A DNA stretch of 49,056 bases from Octopus bimaculoides. Lineage: Eukaryota. Location: positions 32,290,709 to 32,339,764 of the forward strand of contig NC_068996.1 of assembly GCF_001194135.2 (NCBI RefSeq), read 5' to 3'. The position numbers were made by a program, and so were the translations under genes. The notes below the pieces were generated by a model, which was not told the origin of the DNA, did not search any database, and was given only the letters and a program-made list of their open reading frames with translations. Below, piece after piece: positions 12,780 to 23,199 of the stretch. Every line of letters begins with the position of its first letter. The stretch's first letter is position 1.

Positions 12780-13558
12780 AGTTCTACCAAAAGCGCCTCG
12801 GTATTATCATAATAGAACACAAAGTTGTCTTGCAAACAACTCGCACATGCAAGTGCTACCAGTCGAGAACTCCGCATACCGGAAGCCAGCAAGTGTATGG
12901 GGTCATCAGGAGAGAATGCACGCCGTTTTGCGGCCTACCTCTCGACGGCATCAATGTGCACCGGCTCACTGATATGAGGCCTCGTTTGCTAGATCAACTG
13001 CTTATTAAAAAAACAAGCTCAATATTCTTTTAGCCATCGCTCATCGTCTCTTTGTAATCAAATCCAATGGCTTGCTTTTACACTGTAGTTTGGGTATCAC
13101 TCATGGTGGTATTTACCTTACGATGCGCTAGGCCTAACGATAACAACAGTCGTCTCACACTGTGTCCAACAAACCCTCTACATCCAAATTCGATTGGAAA
13201 ATGCTCCGCTTTCCAGCTTGCGTCTTCACACTTCTCGAGGAGGTTTACATAACGGTCAATCTTTAGAGCCCATGCGGCGTCCATATTATCTTCATGAGGA
13301 ACCGTTAACTCGACTTAGATTTACAACTTCCCTTCTTTCACACCACATTAAAATGTCCAGTTTTTCCGTAACTGGGATGGGAAAGAATCCCTGGCACCCA
13401 GGCAAATCTGCAGTCACTTCCCAATAGTTGTTCCACTTTTGATCTCTCACAGGAAGTTTCTTGTTTTTTTTTCTTGAAACGAATCCGATGACCTGAGCGC
13501 ATGAAGGTAATAAAATTTCTAGATGGTTCTTTCAACGGTTTTTTCTCGATAGCACTGC
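12780..13558 (-). mobile_element. Non-LTR retrotransposon 3' fragment with restriction-like endonuclease (Hero-like, R2/NeSL group)
   Basis: Minus strand with one frameshift: WEVTADLPG...LDILMWCERREVVNL/VELTVPHEDNMDAAWALKIDRY..CEDASWKAEHFPIEFGCRGFVGHS..KASHWI*LQRD. This is a PD-(D/E)xK-type RLE with ELTVPxE, K..RY and PIExGCRGF motifs. ORF ends about 13020, followed by 3' UTR. The 5' side is cut by a gap. Confidence 0.85.
12895..12952 (-). ncRNA. Candidate rearranged (non-circularly permuted) hammerhead-like motif in retroelement 3' UTR
   Basis: GAUGCCGUC^GAGAG-GUAGG-CC-GCAAAA-CGGCGU-GCAUU-CUCUC-CUGAUGA-CCCCAUAC. Stems III and I and the CUGAUGA core are present. GAAA appears as G[CA]AAA. Confidence 0.5.
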
Positions 13559-14380
13559 NNNNNNNNNNNNNNNNNNNNNNNNNNNNNNNNNNNNNNNNNN
13601 NNNNNNNNNNNNNNNNNNNNNNNNNNNNNNNNNNNNNNNNNNNNNNNNNNNNNNNNNNNNNNNNNNNNNNNNNNNNNNNNNNNNNNNNNNNNNNNNNNNN
13701 NNNNNNNNNNNNNNNNNNNNNNNNNNNNNNNNNNNNNNNNNNNNNNNNNNNNNNNNNNNNNNNNNNNNNNNNNNNNNNNNNNNNNNNNNNNNNNNNNNNN
13801 NNNNNNNNNNNNNNNNNNNNNNNNNNNNNNNNNNNNNNNNNNNNNNNNNNNNNNNNNNNNNNNNNNNNNNNNNNNNNNNNNNNNNNNNNNNNNNNNNNNN
13901 NNNNNNNNNNNNNNNNNNNNNNNNNNNNNNNNNNNNNNNNNNNNNNNNNNNNNNNNNNNNNNNNNNNNNNNNNNNNNNNNNNNNNNNNNNNNNNNNNNNN
14001 NNNNNNNNNNNNNNNNNNNNNNNNNNNNNNNNNNNNNNNNNNNNNNNNNNNNNNNNNNNNNNNNNNNNNNNNNNNNNNNNNNNNNNNNNNNNNNNNNNNN
14101 NNNNNNNNNNNNNNNNNNNNNNNNNNNNNNNNNNNNNNNNNNNNNNNNNNNNNNNNNNNNNNNNNNNNNNNNNNNNNNNNNNNNNNNNNNNNNNNNNNNN
14201 NNNNNNNNNNNNNNNNNNNNNNNNNNNNNNNNNNNNNNNNNNNNNNNNNNNNNNNNNNNNNNNNNNNNNNNNNNNNNNNNNNNNNNNNNNNNNNNNNNNN
14301 NNNNNNNNNNNNNNNNNNNNNNNNNNNNNNNNNNNNNNNNNNNNNNNNNNNNNNNNNNNNNNNNNNNNNNNNNNNNNNNN

Positions 14381-14780
14381 TACTGATTAGTTACGGGTCA
14401 GTTCAGTTTTTTATCACTGAAGATTTGGGTATGAGGCATGTGTCTGCCAAGTTTGTGTCGAAACCGCTTTCAGCAGACCAAAAGGACGCTTGGGTTTCAG
14501 TTGCACAAGATCCTGATTGTGTCTAGAACGATGAAAACATTTTCAAAATTTTGCGTAGGCCTCTAAGCAGAAATCGTCTACCTTTTGGCAAAATTTGATG
14601 CAGATTCTCTTTGTCATGATTAGTGCGACGACCACACGCTACACACATTCATTCGAAGCACAGCCGTAAACAGCGGAAGTGATCTAGATCATCAAAGGTT
14701 AGTGCGCATGCACAGGAGAGTTTAAGGTCAATCTGTGCCAAGCAGATTTATTCTGCGTATTTTGGCAACAGTCCGGAAGA
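14381..14780 (+). mobile_element. Internally deleted mariner element
   Basis: ISYGSVQFFITEDLGMRHVSAKFVSKPLSADQK matches the mariner HTH-to-linker region (WVPHEL-equivalent FVPKLL). No catalytic domain follows. 5' end lost in a gap. Confidence 0.8.
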
Positions 14781-14868
14781 TGGAAAAAATAGTACTCGAA
14801 TACCGGAGGTACAGTAATATGCTTTATTATTAAAGCTGAATAAATATCAGAAAAATATCACAAAAATT

Positions 14869-14923
<55 letters not shown>

Positions 14924-15430
14924 NNNNNNNNNNNNNNNNNNNNNNNNNNNNNNNNNNNNNNNNNNNNNNNNNNNNNNNNNNNNNNNNNNNNNNNNNNNNN
15001 NNNNNNNNNNNNNNNNNNNNNNNNNNNNNNNNNNNNNNNNNNNNNNNNNNNNNNNNNNNNNNNNNNNNNNNNNNNNNNNNNNNNNNNNNNNNNNNNNNNN
15101 NNNNNNNNNNNNNNNNNNNNNNNNNNNNNNNNNNNNNNNNNNNNNNNNNNNNNNNNNNNNNNNNNNNNNNNNNNNNNNNNNNNNNNNNNNNNNNNNNNNN
15201 NNNNNNNNNNNNNNNNNNNNNNNNNNNNNNNNNNNNNNNNNNNNNNNNNNNNNNNNNNNNNNNNNNNNNNNNNNNNNNNNNNNNNNNNNNNNNNNNNNNN
15301 NNNNNNNNNNNNNNNNNNNNNNNNNNNNNNNNNNNNNNNNNNNNNNNNNNNNNNNNNNNATATATATATTCAACTACAAATGCATACATATGTATATGTG
15401 CATGCATGAATATATGTGTGTATGTATATA

Positions 15431-15570
15431 TATTCTTTTATTCTTTTATTCCTTTACTTGTTTCAGTCATTTTGACTGCAGCCATATTGGATGACCGCCT
15501 TGAAGGGTTTTATTCGAACAAATCAACCCCAGAACTTATTCTTTCTAAGTTTACTACTTATTCTATCGGT
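15431..15570 (-). mobile_element. Major SINE, 3' terminal fragment
   Basis: TTTACTTGTTTCAGTCATTTTGACTGCAGCCAT..GACCGCCTT..CGAACAAATCAACCCCAGAACTTATTCTTT..TACTTATTCTATCGGT matches 16800-16915. Confidence 0.85.
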
Positions 15571-15870
15571 TAAAGTACATGCGATATTTCAGTTTGTAAT
15601 CAATAGTTGAAGAATATTTGTATGAGCTTCGTCTAATACTTTAAAGGAAGACTTTGATACTGAAGCTAAAAGACAGTAGTTCAAAAAGTTGCTCAGGATT
15701 TAACATATTTTAGCATAGTGTGTTCCAAACCGTTTTTATTCCAACAAATTGCTACCTATAGTACTACGGGAGCAGTCTATTATTGCTACCACTTAGACAA
15801 CACAATTTGAAGTCTACGTCGGTTTATCCATTTAATACAACTTACTTGTAGCACTTTAGTAGCCGTTTTT

Positions 15871-16400
15871 CCCAGTTTGAACAGAAGTAATGCATGGACC
15901 ATGCGGGCAGTTGCAGTACCCCAGGAAAGGGCGTTTTCTGTCACCAGGTGCCCCTTTACTCGCTATGAAAAACATTTAATTGTCTAAAATCATCTCTGCA
16001 AAATAAGTAATGCATGTCCCCAGTTTGGAGAAAATCAGTCGCGAACTTCAGAAGTTCAGTGGGTTTACATACACACACAAACAGACACATACATACATTC
16101 ATACACACATCCTTAGTTATACATATAAAATAATATAATATAATATATAGAGAAGTAAAGAAATCAATATAAGTACGTCATCAAGAGTAATGTCCCTTGA
16201 ACCAACGAAGGAACCACGTTATGTGATCTTTCGTATTGTTTATCCACGAATGGGGTCTCTGTTTGCCTTCGGAGGCCCCATTACACATATAAAAACTTTT
16301 AAAAGTCTAAAACTATCTCTGGAACAGAAGTAATGTATTTTCCCAGTTTGGAGAAAATGATTTGCGAACCTCAGATGTCCTGCGGGTTTACACATATACA
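15871..16400. repeat. Three partial direct copies of an ~80-bp unit (15871-15900, 16004-16075, 16321-16400)
   Basis: Shared (G/T)AAGTAATG.AT...CCCAGTTTGGAGAAAAT...GCGAAC.TCAGA.GT.C.G.GGGTTTACA. Confidence 0.7.
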
Positions 16401-16410
16401 CACCCTCAGT

Positions 16411-16439
<29 letters not shown>

Positions 16440-16443
<4 letters not shown>

Positions 16444-16497
16444 TTGAGAAGTCCACTGTGTGGCGTTATTATTTTTCTATAATAATGCCCTTTATAT
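16440..16497 (-). repeat. Young dispersed repeat end (inverted copy at 43988-44045)
   Basis: The reverse complement differs from 43988-44045 only by about one substitution and one indel. Confidence 0.85.
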
Positions 16498-16799
16498 NNN
16501 NNNNNNNNNNNNNNNNNNNNNNNNNNNNNNNNNNNNNNNNNNNNNNNNNNNNNNNNNNNNNNNNNNNNNNNNNNNNNNNNNNNNNNNNNNNNNNNNNNNN
16601 NNNNNNNNNNNNNNNNNNNNNNNNNNNNNNNNNNNNNNNNNNNNNNNNNNNNNNNNNNNNNNNNNNNNNNNNNNNNNNNNNNNNNNNNNNNNNNNNNNNN
16701 NNNNNNNNNNNNNNNNNNNNNNNNNNNNNNNNNNNNNNNNNNNNNNNNNNNNNNNNNNGTTTGTATATATGTGAAGTAAATACACACATATCTCTCTCT

Positions 16800-17205
16800 T
16801 TACTCTTTTACTTGTTTTAGTCATTTGACTGCGGCCATGCTGGAGCACCGCCTTTGGTCGAGCAAATCGACCCCAGAACTTATTCTTTGAAAGCCTAGTA
16901 CTTATTCTATCGGTCTCTTTTGCCGAACCGCTAAGTTACGGGGACGTAAACACACCACCATCGGTTGTCACGCGACGTTGGGGGGACAAACACAGACACA
17001 GAAACATACACACACACACATATATATATATATACATATATACGACAGGCTTCTTTTAGTTTCTGTCTACGAAATCCACTCACAAGGCCTTGGTCGGCCT
17101 GAGGCTATAGTAGAAGACATTTTCCCAAAGTGCCACGCAGTGGAAATGAACCCAGAACTTTGTGGTTGGTAAGGAAGCTACTTACTACACAGCCACTCCT
17201 GCGCC
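16800..17205 (-). mobile_element. Near full-length tRNA-derived SINE (major family)
   Basis: Minus strand starts GGCGCAGGAGTGGCTGTGTAGT (A-box-like), then a B-box-like GGGTTCATTTCC, a CORE-like CTTTGGGAAAATGTCTTC segment, an internal (TA/TG)n tract, a conserved 3' body and an AAAAGAGTA tail. Confidence 0.9.
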
Positions 17206-17438
17206 TTATACAACGTATAAATATATATTCGTTTATTTCCTAAGAAGAATTATAAACATTCACCTCATATTGACTATAACGCGTAGAAAATAGCCATTAG
17301 TACACGTGGGAATCGAATCCACACCTCTTATTTTCGTAATAAGCGTAGAAAATTTCAATCTCCACTGTTTCCGAATTTACGTAGAATTCCCACAAGTTTA
17401 CACACCCTACCCCACGTACATACATACATACACACATG

Positions 17439-17506
<68 letters not shown>

Positions 17507-18065
17507 ATGTATGATAAATTTATGGAATGAAGTTCCATAAATCCCATCAATTTTGTTAAGAATGGAGGAAACAAGTTGTTAAAATTTATAAGAAGTTTAA
17601 TTCTTGAAGACGATCGTTTCGTACAGAGATATAAGAATATAAATTCCTGATTGAATTAAATTAAATTAATATCAACGTACTCTTCAATGTAGAAGGGAAA
17701 AAAACCATAATACAAGGAAGTTAAAAAGGAATGGAGCAGAAAAAACTGGATCTAGGAGAGTCATATTGGTATCCGTGTGAGAAAGAGATGGGAGTCATGT
17801 CGGATGTTGAACCATAACTAACGGCTTCAACGGTTACTTGAAGATATAAGTAAAAAGGTATCGGAGACGTTCCCTCAATAGATGAGTATGGAATTTAGAA
17901 TTATAGCTTCATATATGTAGCGTGGGGCAAGTAAGCTGTAGAAATGTCCAATGGGAAAACAATACAGAATTTAAATTAAAATTAAGACTAACCGTTGAAA
18001 TCAGTACCCAGTATAATATATTTAGAAAAAAAAAATCTATAATAACTAATAACATAAACAAGTGT

Positions 18066-18144
18066 CACTCAACATAGATATGTTGAGTGTGGGAGCTTTG
18101 TAGTACCTCTCGGTACTACAAAGCTCCCCACTCACTTTCACTCA
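18066..18144. repeat. Overlapping perfect hairpins (11 bp and 17+6 bp)
   Basis: CACTCAACATA-GA-TATGTTGAGTG, and TGAGTG-T-GGGAGCTTTGTAGTACC-TCTC-GGTACTACAAAGCTCCC-CACTCA. Confidence 0.9.
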
Positions 18145-18213
18145 TGTGTAAATATGCCTCTACACACGTATGACTAAACACACACTCTTCTCCTTACATT
18201 ATCTTCTATATTA

Positions 18214-18412
18214 TGTGTCTGTGTCTGTCCCCCCAACATCGCTTGACAACCGATGGTAGTGTGTTTATGTCCCCGTAACTTAGCGGTTCGGCAAAAAGCG
18301 ACCGATAGAATAAGTACTAGGCTTCTAAAGAATAAGTCCTGGGGTCGATTTGCTCGACTAAAGGCGGTGCTCCAGCATGGCCACAGTCAAATGACTGAAA
18401 GAAGTAAAAGAG

Positions 18413-18413
<1 letters not shown>
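18214..18413 (+). mobile_element. Major SINE, 3' half
   Basis: High identity to the reverse complement of 16800-17000. Ends AAGTAAAAGAGTA before (TA)n. Confidence 0.9.
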
Positions 18414-18480
<67 letters not shown>

Positions 18481-19569
18481 CATACACACACACATACACC
18501 TCAGTTCAACAAGCCAAAGCCTACGAAACAAAGTTGCACTGGGCCGAATCAAACAGTTTTAAATAACGTGTGTGTATGTGTGTGTGTGTGTGCGTGCGTG
18601 CGCATGCGTGCGTGCTTGTGTGTGTTTATGTATGCATGTATGTACGTACATATATATGTGTGTGTGTGTGTAGAGAGAGAGAGAAAGAGAGAAAGAGAGA
18701 GGACAGAATGATAGTGAGGAAGAGAGATGATCATAATATCACTTCATGGTGTTTTAAATGCTATATAATAAATTGTATATATTGAACACTTGTATATGTA
18801 ATATGCCCCTGTGCTTTAGATTACAACGATTCCATATATCTAGCTTTTCTCTTTTTAACGTCATAATCCCAGCAGATTTTTCGAAAGTAATTCCGTACAT
18901 TTTCAAAGGAAACTGCTATCAGAATTTGGGATAGTAAAACAATATGTCTGAATTGTTAGGTCATTGATATCGATCTCCTTGGTGAAATTTTAGACATAGA
19001 TCATAGTATAGGAAGAAAACAACAGGAAAACTAACAGAGACACAAGTTATTCATAGACATCATCCTCCCTTTTCTCTTTTGATTTTCTTCAACTCATTAC
19101 TACTAAATGCATAAAATCTATACCAATATACGGTCATCGTTCATGTGTATGTATTTCTAAATATATAAACATGGTGCTTATATTTTAAATGCTATTATAT
19201 TCACATACGCATATATATACAGTAACATAGAAAACACATATATCCAAACACGAACATACATACTTTATATACGCATGTACAGAAGAATTGCTATTTTAAA
19301 AAACATAGCATCACGGTTAACCAATGCTTAAAACACCATGAAAATCCATGTATATCCAAATTCCAATCAAATATTAAACATAATGTATTCTCCGATTTTC
19401 TCTCTGTATTATATCTATTCGAATAATCTTCTGAGTGTATATATTCTGTTGTATGAAATATATATACATTACAATAAAAATATAAACTTAGTTCATATAT
19501 GATATACGGTAATCGTTACGTAGACTGATACGTATTCTGATTAAAATGGAAGATCTTTAGAGGAAATAC

Positions 19570-20590
19570 TAGTTACTTATGCCTTAGCGAAGGCGGAGGT
19601 GTTGGTTTGTTTGTCCGCAGACAAGATATCTCAAGAACTACTGAATGCATTCGGATGAAACTTTCAGGGATGTTTGGTCTCATGAGTGGCACGAACTGGT
19701 TAGGTTTTGAGATCGATCCGGTACCGGACAAGGATTCTGGATTAATTATTATATTTACTTTACTTTACATGACATATTACGATCTTACGTTCACTTTCAA
19801 GTTTTTCTCTGATTATCTCCCTTGAAAGTACGCTCATGGTTTCTACGTAAGTTATGGCGGCGTTGCTGCTTCAAAAAGTGTGTTTTCGTTTCTCTGTTAT
19901 TAGTTTTACTCGCGTCTCTATCTTAGTAGAAACTGATGGATAAGGAAATTAAACTACATAAAGAAACGGCGGCAAAATTGTTTAGAAATCGAATAAGACC
20001 GACATATTCAGTAACTATAATAAATTTAATTTATCCTCGACAATTTTTAGTTTTACTAATTTTGAATATATCACTCCTGTTTAAAACCTCTCACCTACTT
20101 CACAATTGCATTTCTTGGACTCACATTTTTGTGCGCAACAATGTTGTTAAACCTCCGTTAACAGCACCGTATGCAGGTCCTTTCCGTTTTCTTTCACGCA
20201 CGGATAAATTTTTCACTATAGACTTTAATGGTTGTAAAGACACTATATCAGTGGATAGACTAGAAAAAGCCTTCATAGAGAAAACTGTCCCTGTTCTCAA
20301 TGCAGACGATACACAAATACACACAGCATAACAAACACGGCCCGCACTCCCACCTTCACATTCCATGACTACCATTGGAATCGATCAGGTACCGAACAAA
20401 GATTCTGGATTATTCCGGTTTTTTACTTAATGTTTGAGAGTGGTCGTGTTCATTTTTAGTATTCTCGTTTGTGAGAGCAGTTGAGTTTATTTCAGATATT
20501 CTCATTTTAAATTCAGCTTCGGCTAATCGTTGAGAGAGCGTCGGTGTTGCATTGGCTGAGACTTGCGCTCTCCAAGTGCTCTTGTTTAAT
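19570..20590 (+). mobile_element. Non-autonomous Helentron/HINE-like element (or two nested halves)
   Basis: 5' GCCTTAGCGAAGGC hairpin followed by GGAGGT..GTTTGTTTGTCC..GATATCTCAAGAACTACTG..GGATGAAACTTTCAGG. 3' end ACTTGCGCTCTCCAAGTGCTCTTGTT with a small hairpin. These resemble DINE/HINE-type termini. A 33-bp internal unit occurs twice (19712-19744, 20380-20412; 30/33 identical). Confidence 0.55.
20090..20330 (+). mobile_element. Ty3/Gypsy integrase C-terminal (GPY/F) fragment
   Basis: THIFVRNNVVKPPLTAPYAGPFRFLSRTDKFFTIDFNGCKDTISVDRLEKAF matches the THVFVR..A.RPPL.PPY.GP(Y/F)...R..K.F.I..NG..DTVS.DRLKPA tail of Gypsy pol. Confidence 0.85.
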
Positions 20591-20605
20591 TTGTTATTAT
20601 TTACC

Positions 20606-20676
20606 ACACGTCACCAGAACTTAGCAGTTCGTCAAAGTGACCGATAGAATAACTACTAGTGTTCAAAAATAAGTCC
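20606..20676 (+). mobile_element. Major SINE internal fragment
   Basis: AACTTAGCAGTTCGTCAAAGTGACCGATAGAATAACTACTAG..AAAAATAAGTCC matches 18278-18340. Confidence 0.65.
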
Positions 20677-20889
20677 TTGTTGTTTAGAATTAACAAATAA
20701 AAGGATACAATAATATATATCAATAAGATGATAATTTATTTTCAAACGTAGAAACACCATAAGAACAGTAGAAACATTGGATTAATTACCCTTACAAAGC
20801 AGAAAAATTTATCCACAACAGCCATAGGGCTTGAACCTACAACTATAGAAGACTCCGGCCCAGTGCTTTACAATTAAGCTAAACTGTCC
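20677..20889 (-). mobile_element. tRNA-headed SINE-like element, copy 1
   Basis: Minus-strand head GGACAGTTTAGCTTAATTGTAAAGCACTGGGCCGGAGTCTTC..GGTTCAAGCCC has A- and B-box-like motifs. The body is duplicated at 21010-21163, and the tail recurs at 22377-22405. Confidence 0.65.
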
Positions 20890-21009
20890 ACTGAGAAATT
20901 AACTCGCAATTTAGACGCTTATAAACCTGAATGTACAACTTCGTGTATATAAATAAATATAAACAAACTAACATTTGTTTTTGAGCATTGAAATGTGTAC
21001 TGTAAGATA

Positions 21010-21163
21010 CAAATAAAATGATAACTTATTTTCAAACGCAGAAACGCCGTTAGACCAGCAGACATATTGAGTAAATTACCATCACAAAGCGGAAAAAATT
21101 GTCAACAGCCATGGGATTCGAACCCACATGTCTTGAAGACTCCGGCCAAGTGCTTTATCATTA
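21010..21163 (-). mobile_element. tRNA-headed SINE-like element, copy 2
   Basis: Perfect B-box GGTTCGAATCCC on the minus strand. AAAGCACTTGGCCGGAGTCTTC and the body ATGATAA.TTATTTTCAAACG.AGAAAC are shared with copy 1. Confidence 0.65.
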
Positions 21164-21643
21164 TAAGCCTGAAAACTTCTAGATCATCATATTCAGTATG
21201 AATTCTATAGGCTGAGTATTACGCCACTAGACATGGAGAAATCAGAGAGATGTAAAAGCGAGTATAAGTTTGCAATCAAGGATATTAGTGTATTCTGGTT
21301 GGCGAGAATGAGGGAAGAATCAGAGTAAAATTGGAATGCGTTAGGTAGATCCATGATCAACTGAGAAATACAGTTTTAGGTTTGTGTTTTCATTTTTATT
21401 TTAATCTTCATCTGGTTACTCAAGGAAAAACCACCTCGAGCCGCTTCTGATTGGCAGTTTCAACACTTCACGTTCAGTTGCAGTTCAGACCGGAGTTATA
21501 GTGATAAACCAAACAGCACGCATAGCTATTATTTTAAGTCAGTTGACGAATACTCCTTACACACACCTATATATGTATGTATTTGTCAACTAGTAACCAA
21601 TAAAATTATATATAGACTGGAACGAACACGACACAATGAAGTA

Positions 21644-21682
21644 GAGAAATTTGAAAAGACAACACGAAACCGGTTATTTCTC
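21644..21682 (+). ncRNA. Candidate minimal type I hammerhead ribozyme, U3-A8 core variant
   Basis: GAGAAAU-UUGAAAA-G(ACAACA)C-GAAA-CCGG-UU^AUUUCUC: perfect 7-bp stem I, 1-bp stem II, palindromic stem III AACCGGUU, GUU cleavage triplet. Confidence 0.6.
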
Positions 21683-21805
21683 AAAATACAATGTTTATAT
21701 ACCAAAAAGATTTTCTAACATTTTTCTAACATTTTTCTGACATAATTTAAATATATACTTTAACCATGTCACAAAAGCCTTCTGTAGTTTTTTCACTCTT
21801 ATTAT

Positions 21806-21860
<55 letters not shown>

Positions 21861-22009
21861 ATAGTATTAGTTCATTAGTATATTAGTTCGTTAACAAGTG
21901 ATTCAAATATCAAGATGGATATGTGAATTGTCGCTATACTAAGAAATCATTATTTTTTTCAGGATTTTTGGGCTATGTGTTGATGACAAAGAGGTGTAAA
22001 GCCTTTTAA

Positions 22010-22190
22010 AGTGTAGTCGACTTCACCGTCCCCTAGTGTTATTTTATCGACTACCACTGATATTTATCACCGACGAATGGAAGGCATATTAGATCTAGGC
22101 GCGATTTGAACTTATAGTCTAGAGGCACTTTACTAAGAACAATACCGTATTTTACCCAAAGCTCTCCCGATTTCGCCACCCACTTGTTAT
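22010..22190 (-). mobile_element. Degenerate copy of a second SINE family
   Basis: GTCGAC..ATTTTATCGAC...GAATGGAAGGCA..GATCT.GGCG.GATTTGAACT (minus-strand B-box-like AGTTCAAATC) resembles a common cephalopod tRNA-SINE I recognise. Heavily diverged. Confidence 0.45.
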
Positions 22191-22845
22191 CAAACAGTTA
22201 TGATTTTAACTTAAACACAATATTTTGTAGGTGTGGCGTTATTGAAGAAGACAGCCCATAAAAATATGTAGCTAAATATTGCAAAGCTATTTTGTACGGG
22301 CTTTATCAATTCTGCAATCTATTGCTCTCTAATAAGCAACTATAATAATATACATGTCAATGAATGGTCTACATATCTTGTTGTTTAGAATTAACAAATA
22401 AACAAAAGGTAACAGAAGCAAAGGAGAAGTTCTATTGTAAAGAATTCAAGAAAAGTTTCTTTAAAACAGCTTAATAATGACAAATGGATATACCAATTCC
22501 AAAATATAATGATGTAGAAACAACAGCAGGCGATGTTATAGCGGAGACAACCACACTAAAAGCATATGGACTTTGTTATAGTAAGAACAATAATGATAAA
22601 TTGTTCTCTTGGGACAGCTGACACCTCTCAGATTTTTTTACTTCATATTCTACCGGTTACTTTCGTAAATGAAAAAAAAAAAACACTATTTTACTTCAGG
22701 AAACCTAATTAAAATCAAGAAATATCTGATAGTTTACTAGAAGTTAATGCTAGGAAAATGAATTCAAATTCGCAGTCATGTTTAAAATCGCGATCATGTT
22801 TTCAAAATTTTAAAGCAGAGAAATTACAAGTGTTGCGAATTCTTG

Positions 22846-22900
<55 letters not shown>

Positions 22901-23199
22901 NNNNNNNNNNNNNNNNNNNNNNNNNNNNNNNNNNNNNNNNNNNNNNNNNNNNNNNNNNNNNNNNNNNNNNNNNNNNNNNNNNNNNNNNNNNNNNNNNNNN
23001 NCCTATCTCTCTATCTATCTCACTCTTTCTCTTTCTCTTTCTCTCTCTCGTACTCACACACATGCCCAAACTAAATATCTTGTAAGATAAAATTGTTTAT
23101 AGGATGGCGATTGGACAGTCATTAAAAGTAATTAATCAATAAATAGTAACAATATATTAGAACAATCTTATGTAGTAATGCATCTTTTTGGTACGTCTC

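Noticed and set aside
17296-17375. Minus-strand B-box-like GGATTCGATTCCC (possible tRNA)
   Set aside because: No credible A-box or cloverleaf. At most a decayed SINE head.
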